NCBI GenBank assembly: GCA_034667725.1
Contig: JAXDQS010000005.1
Coordinates: 64,001-128,000 of the forward strand
Length of the DNA: 64,000 nucleotides
Direction of reading: 5' to 3'
DNA from: Thermoplasmata archaeon
GTDB taxonomy: Archaea > Thermoplasmatota > E2 > JACPAO01 > JAHFTW01
The notes beneath the pieces are model-generated. The model was not told where the DNA came from. It made no database searches and worked only from the letters and a program-made list of their open reading frames with translations. Position 1 is the stretch's first letter; the number at the start of each line of letters is the position of its first letter. Shown here piece by piece: positions 1 through 9,315 of this stretch. Both the position numbers and the translations under genes were made by a program.

Positions 1-333
1 CTGGCCGGCGTTGGTGTTGTCGAACACGATGTGCCATTCGCCGGCGTCCAGGGGGCAGGTCCCGCCGCCCGCCCGCGCCGGCGCCTCGCTGCACCCAAGG
101 TAGGTGAACGAATGCTGGCTGGAGAACTGCTGGAAGTTCGCCGCGTCCATCACGAGGGCGTCGATGTTGTGCGCCTGCGTCGAGGAGAAGCTGTAGGTCA
201 GCGTGCCGGCCCGCTTCGCCTCGAAGGCGATCTGGTAGTATTGGTCCTCGTCGATGCCGATGGAGCCGGAGTCGCTGATGCCCGCGCAGCCTGCAAGCAG
301 CACGGCAAGGACCGGCAGAAGTGCCGCACGCAC
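1..333 (-). CDS. Lipoprotein, hypothetical (partial; runs off the window start)
   Basis: Manually translated: GTG at 333, VRAALLPVLAVLLAGCAGISDSG...WHIVFDNTNAGQ. LAGC lipobox; TTTTATC box ~25 bp upstream. Confidence 0.75.
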   Translation of the reverse strand, partial: MRAALLPVLAVLLAGCAGISDSGSIGIDEDQYYQIAFEAKRAGTLTYSFSSTQAHNIDALVMDAANFQQFSSQHSFTYLGCSEAPARAGGGTCPLDAGEWHIVFDNTNAGQ

Positions 334-367
334 GCGGCTGCAGCCGCAGGCCGGGATAAAACGGTGC

Positions 368-940
368 CTAGCCCGTCGTGCCCAGCTTCTTGCCCTGGAT
401 CAGCTCGCCCGTCCACGGGTTGCGGAGGCGGCCGGGCTGGACGACCTCGAGGGGCGTCTCGGCCTTGGGAACCCAGCGCTCGCCGTTGACCAGCAGGCCC
501 AGCACGTCGTCGTGGCCCAAGAGGTAGTCGCCGTGCAGCACGGTGGTGCGGCGGGGCACGGGGATGACGGCGTCGCAGCACTGGCAGCGCCAGCGGGCGA
601 AGCGGTCGTTGAAGATGGTGGCTTCGCGCTCCAGCTCCTTGGCGATCTCCGCCATGAAGAACTCCTCGAAGGTGGCGGGGTCGAAGGCGCCCTTCTGGGC
701 CTCGGCCGGCTTGAACTCGAACTTCTGGTGGCGCAGTTCGCGCAGGATCTCGGCGGCGCGGCGCAGCGACGCCTCGAGCGCGTCGTGCTTCTTCTCGACG
801 GTGGCCGGCTTGGCGCCCTTGAGGATCTGCTTCGCGGTCTGCGGGGCCTTGCTGCGCGTCTTGGGCGTGGCGGCGGGCGCGTCGTGCTTGGCCTCGACCT
901 TCGGCTTGGCCTTGCCCTTCGCGGCCTTCTTGGCGGCCAT
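368..940 (-). CDS. Hypothetical protein with Lys/Ala-rich N-terminus and a CQCC motif
   Basis: MAAKKAAKGKAKPK...; ATG overlaps the stop of the upstream gene; GC3-rich codons. Confidence 0.7.
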   Translation of the reverse strand: MAAKKAAKGKAKPKVEAKHDAPAATPKTRSKAPQTAKQILKGAKPATVEKKHDALEASLRRAAEILRELRHQKFEFKPAEAQKGAFDPATFEEFFMAEIAKELEREATIFNDRFARWRCQCCDAVIPVPRRTTVLHGDYLLGHDDVLGLLVNGERWVPKAETPLEVVQPGRLRNPWTGELIQGKKLGTTG

Positions 941-1308
941 CAGGCGGCCTCCTTGGAGCCGAGGTAGACCTTCAGGGCCAGCTTCATGCCGCGCACGTAC
1001 TCGGGGTCGGCGTGCGGGACGGCGTGCTGGTACTGGGTGACGAAGTTGGTGACGGCGGCGCGGACGTCCCATTCGTTGGACAGCTCGCGGCGCTTGGTGC
1101 GGACGGCTACCAGGACACGGCGGACGCCGTCGGCGACGGGGCCCTCCTCATGGAGGAAGGTCTTGATCTCGTCCTCGTCCTCGAGGGACTTGGCGCCGGC
1201 GGCAACCTGGCCGGGCAGGGGGGGCGTCGTCGGGGGACCCATCTCGATGCGGTTCTGGAAGAACCTGTTGTCCTTGACGCGCCGGCTCGCGGCCAGGGGC
1301 GTATCCAT
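940..1308 (-). CDS. Hypothetical protein
   Basis: 122-aa ORF coupled to the next gene; CTTAAT-like box ~25 bp upstream. Confidence 0.65.
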   Translation of the reverse strand: MDTPLAASRRVKDNRFFQNRIEMGPPTTPPLPGQVAAGAKSLEDEDEIKTFLHEEGPVADGVRRVLVAVRTKRRELSNEWDVRAAVTNFVTQYQHAVPHADPEYVRGMKLALKVYLGSKEAA

Positions 1309-1441
1309 GTTGCGCGGGACGGTGGGCCTCCATTAAGGTTTGGTGCCGAGGGCCGAGGCGCGAACGGGTCCCTTTATCCCGAAAAACGTCCCGTGGAAAC
1401 TATCCGCACCAGACATGTTTGCAAGGGGAAAGCAGCCGGCG

Positions 1442-1681
1442 TCAGTGCAGGTTGACGACGATGACGTCGCGCACGGCCTTGATGGCGGTGAAGGCGAACT
1501 GGAGGCGGCCTTGGCTGTCCAGGTGGAAGCCCTTGGTGTCCAGCTCCTGGGAGGGCTCGACGTGGATGCCGACCAGGTCGCCGGTCTCGACATTGGCCGA
1601 GATGTTGCGGAGGATGCCAAGGTAGCCGCCCTCGGAGGACATCACCGTCTTCCCGCGCAGCTCGGACTCGAAGACCTTCAT
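1442..1681 (-). CDS. PRC-barrel domain protein
   Basis: ELRGKTVMSSEGGYLG...ETGDLVGI...IKAVRDVIVV is a typical archaeal PRC-barrel pattern. Confidence 0.85.
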   Translation of the reverse strand: MKVFESELRGKTVMSSEGGYLGILRNISANVETGDLVGIHVEPSQELDTKGFHLDSQGRLQFAFTAIKAVRDVIVVNLH

Positions 1682-1727
1682 GGGCCGCTCCAGGAGGGAG
1701 GCCGAGATAAGGTTGGCGAAACCAGGC

Positions 1728-2075
1728 TCAGGAGGCGGCCACGCGGACGACCTGGCCCTTCCACGCCACCGTCCACTCCGGGCCGTCCTGCCCCGTCAGG
1801 CGCCGCAGCGCGTCGTGCATCCCCTCCACGCGCCGCCCGAGGGTCTCCTCCGACCCGCCGCGCTCCAAGGCGGTGTCGAGGTGGTCCTCCAGGATCTGCG
1901 ACACGGCGTGCAGCTCGCGCGCGTCGAGCGCCGTGGCGTTGGCGAGGTCGCCGCCCTCGACCCGGGCGAACGCCATGCGGCCGGGCGGGGCGGTCATCTG
2001 GTAGAAGGCGGCGACGAGGAGGCCGAGGGCGAGGACCGCGCCGATGGTGGCTGCGACGACCTTGCCGGACGCCAT
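1728..2075 (-). CDS. Membrane-anchored hypothetical protein
   Basis: MASGKVVAATIGAVLALGLLVAAFY N-terminal hydrophobic helix; start overlaps the GTPase stop. Confidence 0.65.
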   Translation of the reverse strand: MASGKVVAATIGAVLALGLLVAAFYQMTAPPGRMAFARVEGGDLANATALDARELHAVSQILEDHLDTALERGGSEETLGRRVEGMHDALRRLTGQDGPEWTVAWKGQVVRVAAS

Positions 2076-2905
2076 CAGATGGGCTCCCGCTCGGTGTTCT
2101 CCTCGTCCTCGGGGCCCAGGAAGGTGTCGTACTCCGGGGTCGCGTCCTCGGACTGGCCGACGGCGCCTTGCACGAGGGTGTAGAGGTCGTCGATGCCGGT
2201 GCCCGTCATGCTGCTGACCGGGACCAGGACGTTGTCCAGTTTCAGGGTGTCCAACAGGCGCGTCACCTGGGCGGCGAACTCGCGGCTCATGTTGGGCTCC
2301 TCCGAGACGATGTCGGACTCCAGGGCGCTGGTGTCGGCGGCCCAGCCCCGGATGGTCTCCAGCGACTCTGGGTCGACGCGGTCCGACTTGGAGAGCAGGT
2401 AGACCATGGGCTCGTTGAAGCGGAACATGGTGGTGGCGCCCAGCATCAGCTGGCTCGCGAACCCGGTGGCGGTGCGCGCCAGGAACGGATCCATGAGGTA
2501 GGCCAGCACGCTGCGGCCGGGGTTCAGCGACTCGACGATGAACTTGCCCGAGTGCCGGAACACGAACAGCTCGATCTGGCCCGGCGTGTCGATGAGCACC
2601 TGCTCGCCGCGGAAGGCGTTGATCTCCTCCTTGACCTCCTCCAGGTTGAGCGCGATCATGTCGGCCGCCGCGATCTGCGCGCCGTTCGGGCCCAGGCCGT
2701 GCTCCTCCATGATCTCGTCCAGGCGCACCCACTCCCGGATGTCCACGTCCGGCGTGTAGGGCAGCTTCTCCGCGCCGGGGTCCAGGTTCACCAGGACGGT
2801 GCCGATGCCGTGCTGCTTGGCCCACCGGTCGTAGGCCGCCACCATGGTCGACTTGCCGGCGCCGGCGGTGCCGACGAAGTAGATGGTGGTCTCGTTGCCC
2901 GACAT
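2075..2905 (-). CDS. GPN-loop GTPase
   Basis: GTAGAGKST P-loop, NLDPG, GLGPNG, DTPGQIE and SKSD motifs. Confidence 0.93.
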   Translation of the reverse strand: MSGNETTIYFVGTAGAGKSTMVAAYDRWAKQHGIGTVLVNLDPGAEKLPYTPDVDIREWVRLDEIMEEHGLGPNGAQIAAADMIALNLEEVKEEINAFRGEQVLIDTPGQIELFVFRHSGKFIVESLNPGRSVLAYLMDPFLARTATGFASQLMLGATTMFRFNEPMVYLLSKSDRVDPESLETIRGWAADTSALESDIVSEEPNMSREFAAQVTRLLDTLKLDNVLVPVSSMTGTGIDDLYTLVQGAVGQSEDATPEYDTFLGPEDEENTEREPI

Positions 2906-2956
2906 CGCGGGCGCGGACGCGGTGGGGGTTTTCAGGGATTGGGCCCGAGAGGACCG

Positions 2957-5221
2957 TCAGTGCATCGCCGTCTGCCCGCCCTTGACCTCGGCCATGTGCG
3001 CCACGCGCCGCTCCAGCAGCGCCTGCGTGCCGATGTCGTGGCGGACGTAGAGGCGGTCGCCGTGGACGTGCTGCAAGCTCGCCTCGCACACGGTGTTGGC
3101 GGCCTCGATGGTGGGGCCCTCGCCCAGCACGGCCAGCGTGCGGCTCGCCATCGTCACCAACGGCCCCGACATGTGCTGCTCAATGGAACCCAAGTAGACA
3201 GCGCCGCCGCTGCGCTTGATGTTGAAGTCGTCCACTTGGATGAACTGCCCCGCCGCCGGGGTGGGGCCGCCGTAGCCCTGCGGCACGACGTACTTGACGA
3301 CGGTGGCGACGCCGCGGAAGCGGGCCTGGTGCTGGGACAGGGTGCCGGTGGCCATGCCTTCCAGGATGCCGAGGTAGTCGGACTGGAGGGTGTGCAGGAC
3401 GTTCATGGCCTCGGGGTCGCCGAAGCGGGCGTTGACCTCGATGATCTTGGGGCCGTCGGCGGTGAGCATGAACTGGCCGTAGATGGTGCCGACGTAGGGC
3501 GTGCCGTCGTTGCGCAGCGCGTCCACGATGCCTTGCAGAATCTGGGCTGCCGCGGAGTAGTCCTCGACCGCCAGGAACGGGAGCAGGCCGTCGGCTTGGG
3601 TGTAGCTGCCCATGCCGCCGGTGTTGGGGCCTTGGTCGCCTTCCAGCAAGCGCTTGTGGTCCTGGACGGCGGGCATCGGCAGCAGGGTCGTGCCGTCGGT
3701 GAACGCCATCAGGGTGAACTCCTCGCCGCGGGCCAGCTCCTCGAACTGGACGGCGCCGCCTTGGGGGCCGAACAGGGTGCGGACGTAGGCCTTGGCCCCT
3801 TCGACGTCGGCGAAGTGGTCGCCATGGACCTGGACGCCCTTGCCGCCGGTCAATCCCACCGGCTTGACGGCCCAGACGGGGCCGTGCTGGTCGAGGAAGG
3901 CGAGCGCCTCCTCCAGCCGGTTGAAAGGGTGGAACGCGAGCGAGCCCGGCAGGCCGTGACGGCGCATCAGGTCGCGCATGAACACCTTGGAGGTCTCGAT
4001 GCGCGCGGCCGCCTGGGTGGGCGAGGCCACCGCGATGCCGGCGGCCCGGAGCCCGTCGGTCACGCCCGCCTCGAGCGGGGTCTCGGGGCCGACGACGGCG
4101 AGGTGGATCTTCTGCATCCGGGCCCAGGCCACGATGCCGGCGACGTCGCGGTCGTCGAGGATCTTGAACCCGGTGGCGGACTTGGCGATGCCCGGGTTGC
4201 GGTGCTTCATCACCACGAACACTTGGGCGCGTTGGCTGCGGCGGATGGCGAGCGCCATGGCGTGCTCGCGCGCGCCCGACCCGACCAGGAGCACGTTCAG
4301 GACCTGGCCCTTCGGCAGCGGCGCGGCGTGGACCTGGCTCGGCGGCGCGGTGGCCGGCGAGGACCGGGGAGCCACGGTTGGCGACGACGGGCGGGCGCTC
4401 GGGTCGTGGATCTCGGTCTTGCCCGAGGGCCGCGCCGCGGGCGGCAGCGCGGAGGCCGCCATCGGCGTGATGCCGCCGTAGAGCTTCTGCTGGCCGGCCG
4501 GCGGCGCGGCCGTGCCGGCGGCGCCGGCGGGCGGCAGGCCGAGCGACGAGCCGAAGCCGGCCGTGGCCGACGGCTTCTGGTAGGAGATGGAGTCGGAGGT
4601 GTCCTTCTGCGGCAAGTCCCACGGGGCGCGCTTGACGGTGTTGTACTCGGCGAAGTCCTGGCCTTCTTTGCCTTGCTTGGCGGCGCCCAGGCTTCCGCCC
4701 GTGCGCGGCGCGCCGGCCTTCGGCTCCGGCGGCAGCACGCGCTTCGGGGCGGTGATGACCTCGGTGTCGTCGTCGGCCTCGACGGTGGGGCCTGCGGGTT
4801 CGGCGGCCTTCTTGGCGACCGCGGCGATGCCGTCCTCGACGCCGGGGGCGAGGTTCTCCTTGCGGCCGCTCGGGGTCGTCCAGCCGACGGCGGAGTCCCA
4901 GACCTCGGCGTCCTCCTCGACCGACTTGGGGGCCTGGCGGCGGAACTCGGCGTCCGACGCGCCGGCGGGCTCGCCCTTCGGGTTCTCGGAGGTCGGGCCG
5001 CCCTTCTTGGGGCGCGGGCTGCCGGGCAGCTCCATCGTGCCGTCGGCGGCGTGGGCGGGCGGCTGGGTGGCCGGGGCGCCGGCGGCCTTCTTGGTGGAGG
5101 TGTAGATTTCGGCGCCGTCCGGGGCGCGGGCGGCCTCGGCCTTGGCGCGCTCCGCGGCGGCCTTCGTCTTGGGGCTGGTGTACTCCTCCCAGCCGTCGCC
5201 GCCGGTGATGCCGGCGCTCAT
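2957..5221 (-). CDS. purD: Phosphoribosylamine--glycine ligase with ~305-aa low-complexity N-terminal extension
   Basis: VLLVGSGAREHA, VGPETPL, QDHKRLLEGDQGPNTGGMGSY, EVNARFGDPE. Long start overlaps the pyrE stop (ATGA). Confidence 0.95.
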   Translation of the reverse strand: MSAGITGGDGWEEYTSPKTKAAAERAKAEAARAPDGAEIYTSTKKAAGAPATQPPAHAADGTMELPGSPRPKKGGPTSENPKGEPAGASDAEFRRQAPKSVEEDAEVWDSAVGWTTPSGRKENLAPGVEDGIAAVAKKAAEPAGPTVEADDDTEVITAPKRVLPPEPKAGAPRTGGSLGAAKQGKEGQDFAEYNTVKRAPWDLPQKDTSDSISYQKPSATAGFGSSLGLPPAGAAGTAAPPAGQQKLYGGITPMAASALPPAARPSGKTEIHDPSARPSSPTVAPRSSPATAPPSQVHAAPLPKGQVLNVLLVGSGAREHAMALAIRRSQRAQVFVVMKHRNPGIAKSATGFKILDDRDVAGIVAWARMQKIHLAVVGPETPLEAGVTDGLRAAGIAVASPTQAAARIETSKVFMRDLMRRHGLPGSLAFHPFNRLEEALAFLDQHGPVWAVKPVGLTGGKGVQVHGDHFADVEGAKAYVRTLFGPQGGAVQFEELARGEEFTLMAFTDGTTLLPMPAVQDHKRLLEGDQGPNTGGMGSYTQADGLLPFLAVEDYSAAAQILQGIVDALRNDGTPYVGTIYGQFMLTADGPKIIEVNARFGDPEAMNVLHTLQSDYLGILEGMATGTLSQHQARFRGVATVVKYVVPQGYGGPTPAAGQFIQVDDFNIKRSGGAVYLGSIEQHMSGPLVTMASRTLAVLGEGPTIEAANTVCEASLQHVHGDRLYVRHDIGTQALLERRVAHMAEVKGGQTAMH

Positions 5222-5772
5222 GCCAGCGCCCCCAGCGCCTTGCGGGCCTCGGGCGTCTGCAAGAGCTGCGAGACGCGGGCCAGCGGGTGGAGATGCACCT
5301 GGAGGTTGGCGAGCGCCTGCAGGCCGCCGGCCTCGCGGTCCACCACGACGCAGGCGTGCGCCACCTGGGCGCCAGCCTCCCGCAGGACCTGGACGGCCTC
5401 GACGGTGCTGCCGCCCGAGGTGGTGACGTCCTCGACCACGAAGACCCGCAGCCGGGCCGGGTCGCGGCCCTCGATGCGCTTGCCGGTGCCGTGCTTGCGC
5501 TCGCCCTTCCGGATGATGAGCATCGGCAGGCCGGACTCCAGGCTCACGGCGGTGGCGAGCGGGACGGCGCCCAGCTCCATGCCGGCGACGGCGTCGAACG
5601 GGCCGTGCTCACGGGCCACTTCGGCCATGCGGCGCCCGATGACCCGGAGGGTCGCGGGGTCCGTCATGGCGGCCTTCACGTCCACGTAGTACTTCGACTT
5701 GGCACCGGAGGTCAGGGTGAAGTCGCCGAACCGCACAGCGCCGCACGCCAAGAGCGCCTGGGCCACGTCCAT
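5218..5772 (-). CDS. pyrE: Orotate phosphoribosyltransferase
   Basis: FGDFTLTSGAKSKYYVD, IRKGERKHGT, VVEDVTTSGGS PRPP loop. Confidence 0.95.
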   Translation of the reverse strand: MDVAQALLACGAVRFGDFTLTSGAKSKYYVDVKAAMTDPATLRVIGRRMAEVAREHGPFDAVAGMELGAVPLATAVSLESGLPMLIIRKGERKHGTGKRIEGRDPARLRVFVVEDVTTSGGSTVEAVQVLREAGAQVAHACVVVDREAGGLQALANLQVHLHPLARVSQLLQTPEARKALGALA

Positions 5773-5794
5773 GGAGGCATCCAGGAGGGCGCAC

Positions 5795-5800
5795 GATAAA
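5795..5800 (-). promoter_or_regulatory. Putative TATA box (TTTATC) for a leaderless pyrE-purD transcript
   Basis: AT-rich hexamer 23-28 bp upstream of the ATG at 5772; the same spacing recurs at several genes in the window. Confidence 0.5.
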
Positions 5801-5815
5801 GCGGCTCCCCTTTCG

Positions 5816-6580
5816 CTACGCGGCGAGGTAGGTGGCGGCATGGCCGGCGGTGCCGCAGTCGACGAAGTGGGCGTAGGCCGCGCCCTCGGGCACGTCGCCC
5901 GTGACGATGGCGGGGCTGGTCGAGACGAAGTCGCCGCCCTCGACGCGCATGCCGTCGGCGTCGTAGAAGTCGATGGCGACGAACAGCGCGCCGTCGAGGT
6001 CGCCGAAGTCGGCGGTGAACGGCAGGGCGATGGTGGCCTGGTCGATGGCGAGCTCGGCGTACAGGACGCCGGCGGCGGGCGAGCCGGGGATCATGGCGTC
6101 GTAGGGGTCGCCGCAGCCGTAGACGCCGTTGTCCCAGCTCACGGAGGCGGACTGGGACGGGCCGACGACGCCTTGGGGCAGCGCCTTGACGGGGAAGGTG
6201 CGGTTGGCCTGCTTGTCGCCGTCGGAGACGGTGGCGCGGACGGTGAAGTTGCCCGCGCTGGCGAAGGTGTGGCTGAAGGTGGCGGGCAGGGTGCTGCCGG
6301 TCTTGGCGGCGGCGCCGTCGCCGGTCTCCACGGTCCAGGTCAGGGGCTTGCCTTCGGGGTCGCGGGCGTCGAGCGTGAAGTTGACCAGCAGCGGGACGTT
6401 GCCGCCGGCGGTCGAGCCGGTGAAGGTCAGGGTGGGCGCCTTGTTGGCGGCGGGCGGGCCCGTGGTGGTGGGGCTGGTGCCGGAGGTGGTGGTGTCGGAG
6501 GCGCCTGCGTCGTCGCCGGAGCAGCCGGACAGCAGGGACAGGAGCAGGAGGGCCAGGAGGCCGAAGGCGGTGGGTTTCAT
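5816..6580 (-). CDS. PKD-domain lipoprotein (paralog 3)
   Basis: LSGC lipobox, Thr/Ser linker, PLLVNFTLDARDPEG...WTVETGDG...HTFASAGNFTV. Confidence 0.85.
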   Translation of the reverse strand: MKPTAFGLLALLLLSLLSGCSGDDAGASDTTTSGTSPTTTGPPAANKAPTLTFTGSTAGGNVPLLVNFTLDARDPEGKPLTWTVETGDGAAAKTGSTLPATFSHTFASAGNFTVRATVSDGDKQANRTFPVKALPQGVVGPSQSASVSWDNGVYGCGDPYDAMIPGSPAAGVLYAELAIDQATIALPFTADFGDLDGALFVAIDFYDADGMRVEGGDFVSTSPAIVTGDVPEGAAYAHFVDCGTAGHAATYLAA

Positions 6581-7242
6581 GGTGGACCTACGGGAGGGGA
6601 CAGGACGAGCTGGAAGTCGGCGGCGCCGGCCGGGACGGGACAGACCGCGACGCTGTCGGCGCCGGCGGGGATGGTGCCTTCGGCGCCCATGGTGGCAAGC
6701 AGCGTTTCGCCGTCCCACCACTCCGTGGCGAGGGTCGCCTGGGGCGTCGTGGTGGTGGCCTGGAAGGCCCAGGTCCCCGACACGGCCGGGTCGAACCGGA
6801 CGTAGAGCTCAGGGTCGGCGACGAAGCACGCGGCGACCCCGGCCTGGACGCCCACGCCCGAGAACGTCTGGGGCTCGCCGCCGACGGGAGGCGGGGCCGA
6901 CACGAGCACGCGGACGGTCTGGTTGACGGTGGCCTGGCCGTCGCCCAGGACGGCGGTGACGTTGTAGTCGCCGGGCGCCGCGAACGTGTGCGCCACGGTG
7001 GCGGGCAGGCCCGAGCCCGTCTGGGGCGGCGCGCCGGGCACCTGGACGGTCCATTGGAGCGTGCCGTTCTCGGGGTCGCTGCCGCCGAGGGTGAAGTTCA
7101 CCTGCAGCGGCGCCACGCCGGCGGCCGTGTCGGCGGCGAACGCCAGGACGGGCGGCTGGTTGGGCACGGCCGGCGGGGCGTCGTCTTGCGCGCAGCCTGC
7201 AAGCAGGGCGGCAAGGACGATGGCGCCGGCCTGGAGCCTCAC
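6577..7242 (-). CDS. PKD-domain lipoprotein (paralog 2)
   Basis: GTG start, LAGC lipobox, PLQVNFTLGGSDPE...HTFAAPGDYNV. Confidence 0.85.
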   Translation of the reverse strand: MRLQAGAIVLAALLAGCAQDDAPPAVPNQPPVLAFAADTAAGVAPLQVNFTLGGSDPENGTLQWTVQVPGAPPQTGSGLPATVAHTFAAPGDYNVTAVLGDGQATVNQTVRVLVSAPPPVGGEPQTFSGVGVQAGVAACFVADPELYVRFDPAVSGTWAFQATTTTPQATLATEWWDGETLLATMGAEGTIPAGADSVAVCPVPAGAADFQLVLSPPVGPP

Positions 7243-7252
7243 GCGCCCACCC

Positions 7253-8101
7253 CTACGCGACGATCTTGCTGCCCGACTGGTAGGTGACCTCGATGTTGGC
7301 GCCGCCGGTCGAGAACATGTACCCGAAGTCCGATCCCGGAGGGACGACACCCTCGATGACGCCGTAGCCGTCGGCGGTGAAGGTGCCGGCGTACTCCGAG
7401 CAGTCGGAGAGGTTGAAGAAGATGGTCCAGTCGACGACGCCCGCGGTGGAGGCGTCCGTGATGGTCGCCTTGAACGGCAGGCCGATGGTGGCCGGGTCGG
7501 TGGTGAAGGTGTCGTGCGTGACGCCGGCGCCGGGGCCGGGCTCGCAGTTCAGGAACTCGGGGAAGGTGCCCGCGTCGAGGGAGCCGCCGACCCACGCCAG
7601 GTTGATCTCTTGGCCGGGGCCCTCGGAGCCGGGGCCGGTGGCGGGCAGCACCGCGATGACGACGGTCTTGTTGACGTTGTTGTTGCCGTCGGTGACGACC
7701 GCCTTGGCGGTGTGGTTGCCGACGACGGTGTAGTTGTGCGAGAACTTGCTCGGCAGCGTGGTGCCTGACATGGGAGGGCTGCCGTCGCCGAGGTCCACGC
7801 TCCAGGAGATCGACTCGCCCTCGGGGTCCTTGCCGTCGATGGTGAAGTTGACCAAGAGGGGCGCCTGGCCGCTCACGACGGAGGGCAGGAACGTGATGGT
7901 GGGCGCCGGGTCGACGCCGCCGGGCCCGGTGCCGGTGCCCGTGGTGCCCGTGCCCTTGGTGGTCGTGGTCGTCGTCTTGCCGGTGGTCCCGCCGCCGGAG
8001 GTGCCGGTGCCGGAGGTCGAGGACGAGGTGCCGTCGCCCGAGTCGGAGGAGCAGCCGGCAAGCAGGAGGGCCGCGACCAGCGCGGCGACCAAGAGCTTCA
8101 T
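7253..8101 (-). CDS. PKD-domain lipoprotein (paralog 1)
   Basis: LAGC lipobox, G/T-rich linker, PLLVNFTIDGKDPEG...WSVDLGDG. Confidence 0.85.
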   Translation of the reverse strand: MKLLVAALVAALLLAGCSSDSGDGTSSSTSGTGTSGGGTTGKTTTTTTKGTGTTGTGTGPGGVDPAPTITFLPSVVSGQAPLLVNFTIDGKDPEGESISWSVDLGDGSPPMSGTTLPSKFSHNYTVVGNHTAKAVVTDGNNNVNKTVVIAVLPATGPGSEGPGQEINLAWVGGSLDAGTFPEFLNCEPGPGAGVTHDTFTTDPATIGLPFKATITDASTAGVVDWTIFFNLSDCSEYAGTFTADGYGVIEGVVPPGSDFGYMFSTGGANIEVTYQSGSKIVA

Positions 8102-8126
8102 GGGGCTCGGGGGGGAGCCACGGCCC

Positions 8127-8387
8127 TTAATCCTTGTGCTGGCCACCGATCGCCCGCGCAGCCACGTCCGCCAGGCGCACGAGGCCATGCAGCGCGGCGC
8201 GCAGCGTCGACAGGTCCGAGGCCGCGACCTCCAGCACCACCGCCGCGCCGTCGGCCGCCACCGAGGCGGCGGCCCCCTCGGGGCCGTCCGCCGCCTCGGG
8301 GGCGAGGGCCGCGGCGACGGCCTGGGCGGCCGCCGCGTCGCGGGCGGCCAGGCGCAGGCTGGCGCGGTGCGTCGGGGGGACGATCAC
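8127..8387 (-). CDS. pcc1: KEOPS complex subunit Pcc1
   Basis: ALAPE...LEVAASDLSTLRAALHGLVRL; canonical position after rpl37ae-rpoP. Confidence 0.85.
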   Translation of the reverse strand: MIVPPTHRASLRLAARDAAAAQAVAAALAPEAADGPEGAAASVAADGAAVVLEVAASDLSTLRAALHGLVRLADVAARAIGGQHKD

Positions 8388-8521
8388 TCGGAGCGCAGCG
8401 ACTTGGCGACGGTCGGGCGTTCCTTGTAGAATAACTTCGAGCCGCAGTAGGGGCAGCGGATGCCGATGTTCTGGGCGTTGAACTCGACGCGCTTCTTGCA
8501 GACGCCGCACTTGTAGGCCAT
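8384..8521 (-). CDS. rpoP: RNA polymerase subunit P (Rpo12)
   Basis: Not in the ORF track; manual translation MAYKCGVCKKRVEFNAQNIGIRCPYCGSKLFYKERPTVAKSLRSE, a zinc ribbon. Confidence 0.93.
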   Translation of the reverse strand: MAYKCGVCKKRVEFNAQNIGIRCPYCGSKLFYKERPTVAKSLRSE

Positions 8522-8527
8522 GCCGCC

Positions 8528-8827
8528 TTACTCCTGGGCGGGGGCGGTGGACGGGGTCGCCAGCTTGTCCTGCACGGCGCGCAGGGCCTTGTCCGCGCCC
8601 TGGCCGGCGCCGGTCTGGGGGCTGTAGGCGCCGCCGGCGAAGGTGAAGCCGCACTTCTGGCACTCCCAGATGGCGGTGTGGATGCGGTAGACCGAGACGG
8701 CGCCGCAGCGGCTGCAGGCGTGGGCGCCCTTCTGGACCTTCTCGATGTTGCCCACGGTGCGGCGGTGCAAGGCGCCGTAGCGGGGACCGAAGCGGCCTGC
8801 GGATCCGACCTTCTTGGTGTGCGACAT
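8528..8827 (-). CDS. rpl37ae: 50S ribosomal protein L37ae (eL43)
   Basis: [15 protein letters not shown], CxxC...[15 protein letters not shown]. Confidence 0.96.
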   Translation of the reverse strand: MSHTKKVGSAGRFGPRYGALHRRTVGNIEKVQKGAHACSRCGAVSVYRIHTAIWECQKCGFTFAGGAYSPQTGAGQGADKALRAVQDKLATPSTAPAQE

Positions 8828-8972
8828 GGATGGGTCTCCAGGGTGGCGACAGGGATGGCCCTGTCCCCGGTGCAGGGCGGGCCACGCCGGTTTCGATTTA
8901 AGCCCTTTGGCGAGAGGGCGAGGCTGGGCACCGAGCGAGCGGTCCAAGTGGCGGGCGGGGGGTCGGGGCCTC

Positions 8973-9314
8973 ATGCAGCCGCTCACGGTCCTCATCGACG
9001 GCGAATGCGCCCTGTGCAAGCGGGCCGCCGCGTACGGCATGGGCAAGGGCCGGCCGGGGGCGCTGCGGTTCGTGGCCAACACCGACCCGGAGGCCGATGC
9101 CATCCTGGAGCGGTTCCGCCTGCTGCACATCCGCGAGGAGACCATGGTGGCGTTCGACGGAAACCGCGCCTACACGCACTCGGCGGCGGCCGTGCAGGTC
9201 GCGAAGCGGCTGCGGTGGCCGTACCGGGCGCAGGCGGCGGTGTGGCTCGTGCCCAAGCCGGTGCGGGACGTGGGGTATCGGTGGGTGGCGAGGCGGCGGA
9301 AGCGGACGGACTAG
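8973..9314 (+). CDS. DCC1-like thiol-disulfide oxidoreductase (DUF393)
   Basis: IDGECALC and [12 protein letters not shown] motifs. Confidence 0.85.
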   Translation: MQPLTVLIDGECALCKRAAAYGMGKGRPGALRFVANTDPEADAILERFRLLHIREETMVAFDGNRAYTHSAAAVQVAKRLRWPYRAQAAVWLVPKPVRDVGYRWVARRRKRTD

Positions 9315-9315
9315 G

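Noticed and set aside
1340-5689. Very long antisense ORFs (also 26742-30986, 15760-18849, 54196-56529 and others)
   Set aside because: They are shadows of real GC3-rich genes on the opposite strand; stops are rare at this GC content.
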